A program made the translations under genes and the position numbers. Below the pieces are notes generated by a model. The model worked only from the letters and a program-made list of their open reading frames with translations. It did not search any database and had not been told where the DNA came from. Positions 8,161 to 16,897 of a stretch of 31,321 nucleotides of DNA are shown here, one piece after another; the first letter of the stretch is position 1, and each line of letters starts with the position of its first letter. Source of the stretch: a virus (Duplodnaviria; Caudoviricetes); the IMG/VR virus record IMGVR_UViG_3300038674_000015, positions 1 to 31,321 of that record; one strand, 5' to 3'.

Positions 8161-8346
8161 ATGTGCTACTCTAACTGTCCATATGAAGATTCCAATGGTG
8201 AATGTCGTGGCCCGTCTAAGATGAGCACAGCTACACCACACTGTTACAGCAAGAAAGAGTGGGAAGACTATAAAGAATCTATAGAGGACTCCAAGATAGA
8301 GAGGGCTGATTATGAATCTACCAGAACGGAAAGTGATAATTACTGA
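8161..8346 (+). CDS. Small Cys-rich hypothetical protein
   Basis: ATG 8161 follows the previous stop; upstream AAGGAG; CYSNCPY...GEC...PHC; fills the gap to the polymerase gene. Confidence 0.55.
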   Translation: MCYSNCPYEDSNGECRGPSKMSTATPHCYSKKEWEDYKESIEDSKIERADYESTRTESDNY

Positions 8347-9653
8347 CATTGAGACTAATGGCTTACTAAAGGACGTCTCTAAGTTCCATGTTGCATGGGC
8401 TTATGATAGAGAACTTGAATCCTTTACCGAGTTTACTAATCTTTATGTATACTGTAACTATCTCAAAGAGCGTGTGGAGAGTGGTTATAGTGTTGCCTTT
8501 CATAATGGTTTAACATATGACTACCCTGTTCTACAGAAACTAAACCCAACATTCTCATTACCACGTAGGAGCATCATTGATACACTTGCGTGGGCTAGGT
8601 TGGTATTCTCTAATATAGACAAGATTGATATTGTATTGTTGAAGCGTAAACAGATTCCCGGTAAACTCTTCGGGTCACATAAGCTTGAAGCATATGGTTT
8701 TAGACTCAAGGTATACAAAGGTTCACCTCAGTCTTGGGTAGGAGATGCTGAAGCTGATGAAAATGTATGGGATAAGTTTACGCCTGAGATGTCCGCTTAT
8801 TGTAAGCAGGACGTAGTTGTAACTAACGCTTTGTACGAAAAGTTACTCTCATTTAATTACCCAAATAAAGCTGTAGAACTTGAACACGACATAACATGGT
8901 ATTGTGGAGTTATGGAGCGTAATGGTTTCTACTTTGATGCTAAGGCCGCTGGTGAACTTTATGCCTCACTGGTTGCCAAGAGAAGTGAGTTGGTAAATAA
9001 ACTCATTGAAACATTTGGATCATGGTATGTACCAGATAAGGTACTTACACCTAAGTCAAACAATAAGAAATATCACTATATAGCCGGATGTCCTCTTACC
9101 ACAATCAAGTTGGTAACATTCAATCCTGGCTCTAGGCATCATATTGCTAAGGTACTACAGGATAGGGGATGGGTACCTGAGGTATTCACACCTACTAACC
9201 AACCACAGGTAGATGAGGAAATACTTAAGGATATTACCAACATCCCTGAGGTACCACTTATTGTTGAGTACCTGACGGTTGAAAAGAGAATTGGGCAGAT
9301 TGCTGAGGGTAAACAAGCATGGCTCAATCTAGAGCGTAATGGGCGTATACATGGTAGGATTAATCCTAATGGTGCTGTGACAGGTAGGGCGTCACATAGT
9401 AACCCCAACATTGCGCAGGTACCAGCAGTAGGTAAACCTTATGGTGAAGAATGTCGTGCATTGTTTGGGCCTAAGAAAGGGTGGCTACAGGTTGGCGTTG
9501 ACGCATCAGGTCTTGAACTGAGGTGTCTTGCTAACAGAATGTACGAATATGATGGTGGTGAGTATGGTGAAGAAATATTACAGGGTGACATCCACACGAA
9601 GAACCAGCTTGCAGCTGGACTCCCTACAAGGAACAACGCTAAAACTTTCATCT
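8312..9653 (+). CDS. gp5: Family A DNA polymerase (gp5-like), exon 1
   Basis: Exo I DIETNGL, FHNGLTYD, YCKQDV, GAVTGRASHSNPNIAQVP, motif A DASGLELRCL; homology breaks off inside motif B after RNNAKTFI. Confidence 0.95.
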
Positions 9654-10117
9654 TAATATCCTAGGATGACTTGAGGGTAACCTCTCGATTAAAACTGTGT
9701 GAACTCAGTGAATATCTCAATGAGACAATACTGAGCCAAGCTACTCATGACTCCAGTAGGAGATACATGAAACAAAGACAATGTAAGTGCTGTGGATCAC
9801 CAAATAGTGGTAGTAAAAAGGGTTGGCATGTTGACCATGACCATAAGACAGGAGCAATACGTGGTGTATTGTGTGCTAATTGTAATATAGCACTTGGTCA
9901 GGTTAATGATGATATAAATAAGTTATACCAACTAATAAACTATTTACAAAGTCATGAGTAGAAGGTGCAACGACTATTCCGAAAGGAAGTACACCCAAGT
10001 GGGTGGAAGCGCACAGCCCCTCCATGTGAGGGTGAAGATATAGTCTGGTCTATATGGTGACATATAGCTGCATGTAATGGTGCGGGTGTGGCGTAGCGAA
10101 CCACACTGAACAACACG
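9654..10117 (+). ncRNA. Group I self-splicing intron, IA2-like (464 nt)
   Basis: 5' exon ends in U and intron ends in G; P1 TCATCT(9648-53)/GGATGA(9664-69) with U-G at the splice site; P3 CTGTGT/GCACAG; P4 CTCAGT/ACTGAG; P6a 12-bp CTACTCATGACT/AGTCATGAGTAG; P7 GACTAT/ATAGTC; P7.1 and P7.2 hairpins; removal restores KTFIYGFLYGAG. Confidence 0.95.
9767..9961 (+). CDS. Intron-encoded endonuclease VII/HNH-like homing endonuclease, short and possibly degenerate
   Basis: 64 aa: CKCC...HVDHDHKTGAIRGVLCANCNIALG; RBS AGGAG before ATG 9767; lies in the P6a loop with its stop codon in the stem. Confidence 0.8.
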   Translation: MKQRQCKCCGSPNSGSKKGWHVDHDHKTGAIRGVLCANCNIALGQVNDDINKLYQLINYLQSHE

Positions 10118-10695
10118 ATGGGTTCCTCTATGGAGCGGGAGATGCAAAGATTGGCTCAATCGTCGGAGGAACTTCAGCGGATGGCAAGAGACTTAAAGAA
10201 GCCTTCTTATCAGCTACTCCGGCCATACGATCATTACGAGATGGAATTAAGTCAGACCTTATCGAAGATGAACGCTGGCGAAATGGCGAGAGTGTCGTCA
10301 AGTGGAGAGAGAAGAGGCATCCTGAGCAGGATAGTCTCAACGCTACTCGTTGCCTCATTGGACTGGATGGCCGCTTGTTACACATTCGGAGTCCCCATTC
10401 TGCCTTAAATACACAGCTTCAATCTGATGGTGCTCTTATATGCAAGAAGTGGGTATGCCTAACTAATGAGCTCCTTGAGGAAACCTATGGGCTAACTCAG
10501 GGTGAACATGGTGACTTTATGTGTATGGCATGGATTCACGACGAAATGCAGTTTGGTGCCAAGAATGAAGAAATCGCAAAGTTAATCCTCAAAGTTGCAC
10601 AAGATGCAATGAGGATGACTCAAGAATACTTTAATGTGAAATGCCAATTAGACACTGATGGAAAGATAGGTGCTAACTGGAAGGAGTGTCATTAA
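10118..10695 (+). CDS. gp5: Family A DNA polymerase, exon 2
   Basis: Open frame GFLYGAGDAKIG...GLDGRLLHIRSPHSALNTQLQS...motif C WIHDEMQ...GANWKECH; the spliced product is 639 aa. Confidence 0.95.
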
Positions 10696-10696
10696 T

Positions 10697-11290
10697 ATGA
10701 GAGTATCAGTTATTCGTGAAGCTGGCTTCATGGAAGCCCTCGTTGGTATGGGGTTGTCCTTTGAAGTACATGGTGATGAGACAATCAATGCAATGATTGC
10801 AGGGCAGCTTGAAGGAGAGAAGTTCCAGAAGAGGATTAATAGAGCCTTTGCCTTGGCTGGTAAGGGTGGTGGTCACGATAAGTTTATGCGCCAGATTATG
10901 ACATGGATTTATATTAAGGCACCTTTCTATTGGTGGAAGCAGATGGACCAGTACAAGGTAGCTACAACTACCTCAAGCGAGTCCACTATGCACACACTTG
11001 GTCGTCGTGAGCTTACTCAGGGTGACTTTGAAGACCCTGTTGATAGCTTCCTTCTTGATAAGCTGAACGTATACATTGCATGTGGTGATTGGGATAAACT
11101 TAATAATGAGCTTCCATCCGGGTTCTTGCAGGGTCGTATGTGGACAGGCTCTTATGCTAACATATACAACATTGTTCACCAGCGTGGTGGTCATAAGCTG
11201 AAGCAGTGGGACTTCTTTATTAACTCACTGAAGCATCAGTTGTTGTACCCTAAACTTATCTGGAACAATAACAATGAAGATAATTCTTAA
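10697..11290 (+). CDS. Divergent ThyX-like (flavin-dependent thymidylate synthase fold) protein
   Basis: GH.KF.RQI, APFYWWKQMDQYK...SESTMH, LPSGFLQ, NIVHQRGGHKLKQW follow the ThyX motif layout; RBS AAGGAG at 10681. Confidence 0.55.
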   Translation: MRVSVIREAGFMEALVGMGLSFEVHGDETINAMIAGQLEGEKFQKRINRAFALAGKGGGHDKFMRQIMTWIYIKAPFYWWKQMDQYKVATTTSSESTMHTLGRRELTQGDFEDPVDSFLLDKLNVYIACGDWDKLNNELPSGFLQGRMWTGSYANIYNIVHQRGGHKLKQWDFFINSLKHQLLYPKLIWNNNNEDNS

Positions 11291-11486
11291 CTTCTTTAAA
11301 ACAGTGATTAACTATCTTATGATTAAGATGGTTTTTGGTGTAACTGTGGAGGAAAAGGGTACTAAATGTGCCCTTCCTTCTTGTAATGTTTATACAACGC
11401 ATCGTGGTGGGTATTGCTGTGCAGAACACAAGCTACTCCACAAAGAGATGCACAAGGCCAGCTTACTGGCGCAAGGTGGTAGATAA
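11274..11486 (+). CDS. Small putative zinc-binding protein
   Basis: CALPSC...GGYCCAEH; stop overlaps the next ATG (TAATG). Confidence 0.55.
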   Translation: MKIILNFFKTVINYLMIKMVFGVTVEEKGTKCALPSCNVYTTHRGGYCCAEHKLLHKEMHKASLLAQGGR

Positions 11487-12295
11487 TGGGATGCTCTGAA
11501 GCTGATCGTATTCATGGTGGTGGTGCTGTAGAACAGGCACAGGTTTTGTTTGATGGTGACTACCTTGCCTATGTTGCATCTTGTGCAGTTGAGGTTGAGA
11601 CTGATTGGGGCGACGGTATGTGGACACTTCATAGTAACGTGTCTGATGCTATCGACTCCTTTGAATCCCAGATGTCTGCACAGATTCGTGGTGTGGAAAA
11701 AGACTTGGATGTTTCTGTCTCTGAAATACTCCTTTGTTTCTCTGATCCAAGCCATAACTTCCGCAAAGATGTATACCCTTTGTATAAATCAAATAGGAAA
11801 TCAAAACGTAAACCAGTGTGCTATAAGGCACTTAGAGATTACCTTGATGAAACATATGACACCGTGTTGTACCCAACACTTGAAGGTGATGATGTATGTG
11901 GAATCTTGGCTACCTCAGGTAAATTCTCTAACCCTATCATTGTGTCCGCTGATAAGGATTTTAAGACAATCCCCGCTACATTCTATGATACGGCTAGAGG
12001 AACATCAGATACAATAGATGAGCTAGAGGCAAACTATTGGCATCTTTATCAGACACTCATTGGAGACACAACTGATGGATACCCAGGGTGTAAAGGTATT
12101 GGACCCGTAGCTGCTACTAAGCTCCTTGATGCCGCTGTACAAGCAGGAGAGCCTCTTTGGGACGTAGTAGTCAAAGCTTACAAAAAGGCCGGGTTTGATG
12201 AGGATTATGCACTTGTTCAAGCAAGATGCGCCTACATCCTCCGGGCTAGTAACTATGACAAAGAACATGGAGTCAAGCTATGGACTCCTAAGTAA
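11486..12295 (+). CDS. gp6: 5'-3' exonuclease (gp6-like)
   Basis: DGDYLAY, NFRK..YP.YKSNR, LEGDDVCGI, DKDFKTIP, QTLIGDTTDGYPGCKGIG. Confidence 0.95.
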   Translation: MGCSEADRIHGGGAVEQAQVLFDGDYLAYVASCAVEVETDWGDGMWTLHSNVSDAIDSFESQMSAQIRGVEKDLDVSVSEILLCFSDPSHNFRKDVYPLYKSNRKSKRKPVCYKALRDYLDETYDTVLYPTLEGDDVCGILATSGKFSNPIIVSADKDFKTIPATFYDTARGTSDTIDELEANYWHLYQTLIGDTTDGYPGCKGIGPVAATKLLDAAVQAGEPLWDVVVKAYKKAGFDEDYALVQARCAYILRASNYDKEHGVKLWTPK

Positions 12296-12302
12296 GGTTA
12301 AA

Positions 12303-14330
12303 ATGAAACAGTCAGTAAGATCAAAGCTTATTATTCAGAGGACGTATGCAAGACCAACACAAGGAACCCTTGCGGCGTCCTCTGAAGTCCCTGAGACATG
12401 GGAGCAGATTGTTGATCGTGTTATTGCACATCAAGCATGGCTGTGGGAAAGAGCACAGGGAGAAACACTTAGTATCAAACAGATAATGGAACTTGATGAA
12501 CTTAGTGAAGTAGTACTTAATAGAGAAGCTTCTGTGAGTGGTAGAACACTTTGGCTAGGTGGTACTGATATTGCCAAGCGTCGTGAAGCTTCTATGTTCA
12601 ACTGTGCATATCTTCATACAGAAACCATTGCTGATATTGTTGATGCTATATGGCTTCTCATGCAGGGCTGCGGTGTGGGCTTCACGCCGAAGGTGGGAAC
12701 CCTTAGTGGATTCTCTAAGCCGATCCCTGAGGTGGAGGTTATACGAAGCACTAGGACGCTCTCTCAGTGGGAGAAGGGGGAACGTGGTGTCGATCATAAC
12801 CAGACCAAATGGGACGCCTCTACGGGCCTCTGGGAGCTTAAAATAGGGGACTCAGCGGAGGCGTGGTGCAAGGCTATTGGTAAACTCTTGGCCCTCAAAG
12901 AGCCTGTTAAGAAGATGGTTCTTGACTTCACAGAGATTAGACCTGCCGGTGTTAGGCTCAAGGGATACGGATGGATTAGCTCTGGTGACTCTATGTTCTC
13001 TCAGGCTATGGTGTCGATTGTTGATATTCTCAATAGAAAGGCTGGCTTTCTTCTTAATGAAATTGACATCATTGATATTATGAACCATCTAGGTACCATT
13101 CTGTCTAGCCGTCGCAGTGCTGAGATTGCACTCCTGCCTTTTAGTTCTCCTATGAATAAAGAGTTCTCTTTGATGAAAAGAGAGTACTGGATTGATAACC
13201 CTCAGAGGGCACAGTCTAATAACTCATTGGTTTTTGAATCGAAGCCCTCAAAGGAGGAACTGAGAGGTGTCTTTCAGTTAATTATAGATGGTGGTGGATG
13301 TGAGCCGGGATTCATTAATGCTATGGAAGCTCGTAGAAGGGCTCCATGGTTCTCTGGTGTAAATCCTTGTGCTGAGATTCTCCTCCCCAATAAAGGGTTC
13401 TGTAACCTCTGTGAGATTGACATAGCAAAGTTCAAAAACAATCCTGCTAGACTGCATAAGGTAGTTAAGTTGATTGCTAGGGCCAACTATAGACAAACCT
13501 GTGTCAACCTCAAAGATGGTATCTTACAGGATGCTTGGGACCAAAACAACCAGCATCTTCATTTATGTGGTGTAGGTGTAACAGGTGTATCTCAGCGTGA
13601 CGATATGAGTGACTATGATATAATGGAACTTCAGCGTATCGCCACGTTTGCTGCATATAAAATGGCAGATGAACTATCACTTCCACATCCAAAGAATGTA
13701 ACCACTATTAAACCAAGTGGAACATTATCAAAGGTAATGGATACGACAGAAGGTATTCACAAACCATTAGGTAAGTACATCTTTAATCGTGTTGTGTTTG
13801 GTAATCATGATCCTCTTATTCCTAAGCTGATTATGGCTGGCTACAAAACAGAATCACACCCTACTAATAGTGATGCAACACTTGTTGTATTTCCTGTTAA
13901 ATATGATAACATCTCATTCACAAAGGTGAAAACAAAACACGGTGTGGTTGAGTGTAATACTGAACCGGCTATTGATCAACTTGAAAGATATAAGAAATGG
14001 CAAACTAACTGGTGTCACCAGAATGTATCACAGACCATTTACTATGATGATTCTGAAGTAGATAAGATTGTTGATTGGTTACTTGCTAACTGGTCGTCTT
14101 ATGTTGGTGTGTCCTTCTTGAAGAGGTATGACCCAACACTCAGGGCTGAAGATATGGGAGCCCCTTATCTTCCTCAGACGGTTGTTACACAGGAAGAGTA
14201 TGACACCTATGCGTCCTCCTTGAAGGATGTACAGCTTGATATCAATGAATCATATCAAGATATTTGTGAGTGTGAAACAGTACTTGATACTGGTGATGAG
14301 TGTGCTACAGGAGCATGTCCCATTAAGTAA
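12303..14330 (+). CDS. nrdJ: Class II (adenosylcobalamin-dependent) ribonucleotide reductase
   Basis: RTYARP, FNC, GCGVGF, RRSAEI, NPCAEI (thiyl radical Cys), CNLCE, TTIKPSGT, C-terminal CATGACPIK; no beta-subunit gene nearby. Confidence 0.9.
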   Translation: MKQSVRSKLIIQRTYARPTQGTLAASSEVPETWEQIVDRVIAHQAWLWERAQGETLSIKQIMELDELSEVVLNREASVSGRTLWLGGTDIAKRREASMFNCAYLHTETIADIVDAIWLLMQGCGVGFTPKVGTLSGFSKPIPEVEVIRSTRTLSQWEKGERGVDHNQTKWDASTGLWELKIGDSAEAWCKAIGKLLALKEPVKKMVLDFTEIRPAGVRLKGYGWISSGDSMFSQAMVSIVDILNRKAGFLLNEIDIIDIMNHLGTILSSRRSAEIALLPFSSPMNKEFSLMKREYWIDNPQRAQSNNSLVFESKPSKEELRGVFQLIIDGGGCEPGFINAMEARRRAPWFSGVNPCAEILLPNKGFCNLCEIDIAKFKNNPARLHKVVKLIARANYRQTCVNLKDGILQDAWDQNNQHLHLCGVGVTGVSQRDDMSDYDIMELQRIATFAAYKMADELSLPHPKNVTTIKPSGTLSKVMDTTEGIHKPLGKYIFNRVVFGNHDPLIPKLIMAGYKTESHPTNSDATLVVFPVKYDNISFTKVKTKHGVVECNTEPAIDQLERYKKWQTNWCHQNVSQTIYYDDSEVDKIVDWLLANWSSYVGVSFLKRYDPTLRAEDMGAPYLPQTVVTQEEYDTYASSLKDVQLDINESYQDICECETVLDTGDECATGACPIK

Positions 14331-14359
14331 TCCTTTAGGCACTCTTTTACTAATAATAT

Positions 14360-14378
14360 AAGTATCCCAAGGGGGAAA
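14360..14378 (+). promoter_or_regulatory. Putative late phage promoter (AAGTATCCCAAGGGGGAAA)
   Basis: Motif copy preceded by an AT-rich run at the boundary of the replication and structural modules, like T7 phi6.5. Confidence 0.7.
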
Positions 14379-14380
14379 CT

Positions 14381-14563
14381 ATGGCTAGTGAGTATTATGT
14401 TATACCACGTACTCCTGTTCCTAGAGACATCCTAGAGTATATTAATAATATATGGGATATCCGTTCTCTTGTTAGAGATGAGCGATATACAAAGGAAAGA
14501 CTGCGGGGTATTCAAGATGTTGTAGATACCCTTAATAACCTAGATATTTTACAGGAGGATTGA
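14381..14563 (+). CDS. Small hypothetical protein (gp6.5 position)
   Basis: 60 aa, first ORF after the late promoter motif; stop lies beside the next gene's RBS. Confidence 0.6.
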   Translation: MASEYYVIPRTPVPRDILEYINNIWDIRSLVRDERYTKERLRGIQDVVDTLNNLDILQED

Positions 14564-14565
14564 GT

Positions 14566-14808
14566 ATGGGTGGTGTAGTAAAAGCTATTGGTAAAATCCT
14601 TGGCTTTGATTCTGTTAAAGCACCTAATGTGAATGTACCTGAGATTCCTCAGCCAGCGGCTCCTATTCAAGAAATTAAGAAGGAACCGACTTCACCTGAA
14701 CTTGGGTACACTGAGAGCTCCTTGGCAGGTATAAAGAAACGTGGTAAGTCTTCTTTGAAGATTCAGAAGACAACTCCCGGAGGCGGTAGTGGAGCGAATA
14801 TCACCTAG
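14566..14808 (+). CDS. gp7.3-like virion protein
   Basis: MGGVVKAIGK start, Pro-rich middle, KKRGKSSLKI...GGGSGANI end resembling T7 gp7.3; RBS AGGAGG. Confidence 0.7.
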   Translation: MGGVVKAIGKILGFDSVKAPNVNVPEIPQPAAPIQEIKKEPTSPELGYTESSLAGIKKRGKSSLKIQKTTPGGGSGANIT

Positions 14809-15310
14809 TCTTATTTATCATTCCCACGTGAGTGCGGAAGAGGCTGTGATGTTAGCAAACCACTTCTACGATAAAGGAAGGACCATCACTGATAAATCAT
14901 TCTTTAAGACAATGGGCGATCTTAATAAGCTTGAACTTGTGTTCCTAGCGGGTGCTCGTTGCTATCAGCAATTTGAAATCCCTACACCAGACACAGATGA
15001 AACCGTCGTGCATCTTGTGGGGTTCCGTTATGTTCCAACACACGAGCTTAAAGGTTACATGTTGTATACAGTCGGATATCCTTGGTGGTCCTCTACTTGT
15101 AAAGGTGTTTCGGAGCTTGCTGTTATGTCAATTCAAGAAGGATGTGGTATTGGGCGTAAGGCCGCTGAGTATCTCAAATACCTTGTTAAGCTCAATATTG
15201 TTGATGTTGTTGAGACAGGCACAGCCATTGTAAAGAATAACCATATAAACAATTCATATAAAAAGTGTGGCTTTACTAAGTCAAGTTCTTTTATGTATAT
15301 GAAGGAGTAG
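14789..15310 (+). CDS. GNAT-family acetyltransferase-like protein (start uncertain)
   Basis: ELAVMS..EGCGIGRKAAEYL (acetyl-CoA-binding motif A-like) and N..YKKCGF. Confidence 0.6.
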   Translation: MERISPSLIYHSHVSAEEAVMLANHFYDKGRTITDKSFFKTMGDLNKLELVFLAGARCYQQFEIPTPDTDETVVHLVGFRYVPTHELKGYMLYTVGYPWWSSTCKGVSELAVMSIQEGCGIGRKAAEYLKYLVKLNIVDVVETGTAIVKNNHINNSYKKCGFTKSSSFMYMKE

Positions 15311-15313
15311 CCT

Positions 15314-16888
15314 ATGGCTGACAAAACTAAGGGTAAGCCCCTTGAAGGTGCCAAGGTTACTTACGACAAGCTTGCACAGGATCGTAGTTCATACTTGACC
15401 CGTGCTGAAGAAGCTGCTGTGTTAACTATCCCCATGCTGTTTCCAAAGGAAGCTGATGATGCGAGTACTAACTATGATACTCCATATCAGTCCATTGGTG
15501 CCCGTGGTGTTAATAACCTTGCATCTAAACTTATTCTCGCCATTCTTCCAGCAAATCAACCGTTCTATCGCCTTGCTGTAGATCAAGAAACACAAACAAA
15601 GCTTGATGAAGCACAAGATGAGACACTTAAGACTCAGATTGAATATGGTTTGGCTGCAATGGAAACCTCTATGATGTCCTATATGGAAACCAATATGTAT
15701 AGGCCAACATGCTTTGAGGCCATGAAGCAGTTGATTGTTGCTGGTAACTGTGCGCTATTTATGCCACCAAAAAGCGGTGGTATTAAGATGTACACACTGC
15801 GTAACTATGTGGTTATGCGTGATGATCTTGGTAATGTTCTTCAAAGTGTATTTAAAGACACCTTTACTAAAGCTTCTCTTCCAGAGGAGTACCGTGCTGG
15901 ACTCAACGATGCTAATAGTGATAATGAACAGTCCTACACTGAAAAGATAGAAGTATATACTCATGTGTATCTTGTGGATAATCAGTACCACTATTACATT
16001 GAGATTGATGGGAATGAGATTCCTAGTATGACTGGATCATATCCTGTTGAGGCATCCCCTTGGCTGTGGCTCAGGTTCACTAAGCGTGATGGTGAGCATT
16101 ACGGTCGTGGGTTTGTTGAGGAATATATTGGTGATCTTCAGTCGGCTGAGAACCTGTCTAAGTCTATTGTTGACTTGGCACAGGCTGCTGCTCGTGTGTT
16201 CTTCCTTGTGGCTCCGGGCAGCTTAACCTCTGTTCGTAAGTATGAGCAAGCTAGGAATGGTTCATTTGTGCAGGGTAGAGAAGGTGATATTGTAGCCTCT
16301 CAACTTAACAAGACACAAGACTTACAGGTTGCTAAGGCCGCTGCTGATGATATCATGGCGAGACTGTCTTATGTATTCCTGCTTAACTCTGCTGTACAGA
16401 GATCAGGTGAACGTGTAACTGCTGAAGAGATTCGTTATGTTGCAGGTGAACTTGAGGATACCCTTGGTGGTGTCTACTCAATCCTAGCACAGGAGTTTCA
16501 GCTTCCAATGGTGCGCCGTGTGTTTGCCGAAATGCAGTCTACAGGTGCGCTTCCTGCTCTTAAGGATGGTACTGTATCCCCTGTGATTGTTACAGGTCTG
16601 GATGCTCTTGGTAGAGGACATGATTTGAATAAACTTATGACACTGCTTGAACTTGTGGGGCAGATGGGCGAAGCCCTCTACTCTAAGCTAAATCTTGATA
16701 ACCTTGTAATGCGTGTTGCTATGTCTCTTGGTATTGATGTTAAAGGTCTGATTAAGACCGAAGCACAGATTATGCAAGAACAACAGCAAGCTATAGCTGC
16801 TCAGTCCGCTATGGCTGGTGGTGAAGCCGCTGCACAGCAAGCAGGGGCTCAGATTGGTGCTCAGGCTCAAGGTCAAGTGCCTATGTAA
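15314..16888 (+). CDS. gp8: Portal / head-tail connector (gp8-like)
   Basis: TPYQSIGARGVNNLASKL, GEHYGRGFVEEYIGDL, QRSGERVTAEEIRYVAGELEDTLGGVYSIL. Confidence 0.97.
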   Translation: MADKTKGKPLEGAKVTYDKLAQDRSSYLTRAEEAAVLTIPMLFPKEADDASTNYDTPYQSIGARGVNNLASKLILAILPANQPFYRLAVDQETQTKLDEAQDETLKTQIEYGLAAMETSMMSYMETNMYRPTCFEAMKQLIVAGNCALFMPPKSGGIKMYTLRNYVVMRDDLGNVLQSVFKDTFTKASLPEEYRAGLNDANSDNEQSYTEKIEVYTHVYLVDNQYHYYIEIDGNEIPSMTGSYPVEASPWLWLRFTKRDGEHYGRGFVEEYIGDLQSAENLSKSIVDLAQAAARVFFLVAPGSLTSVRKYEQARNGSFVQGREGDIVASQLNKTQDLQVAKAAADDIMARLSYVFLLNSAVQRSGERVTAEEIRYVAGELEDTLGGVYSILAQEFQLPMVRRVFAEMQSTGALPALKDGTVSPVIVTGLDALGRGHDLNKLMTLLELVGQMGEALYSKLNLDNLVMRVAMSLGIDVKGLIKTEAQIMQEQQQAIAAQSAMAGGEAAAQQAGAQIGAQAQGQVPM

Positions 16889-16897
16889 GAGGTAAAT

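Noticed and set aside
9671-9766. TTG-start extension of the intron ORF (96 aa)
   Set aside because: It runs through the ribozyme core helices; ATG 9767 has a proper RBS.
10118-10408. 96-aa ORF starting at ATG 10118
   Set aside because: Out-of-frame overlap with polymerase exon 2; the AT belongs to the split Tyr codon.
8312-10695. Polymerase as a pseudogene or a split two-gene enzyme
   Set aside because: A group I intron with canonical splice sites restores one continuous frame.
12195-12302. Upstream start for nrdJ
   Set aside because: Overlaps the exonuclease 3' end; ATG 12303 follows its stop and gives a typical N-terminus.
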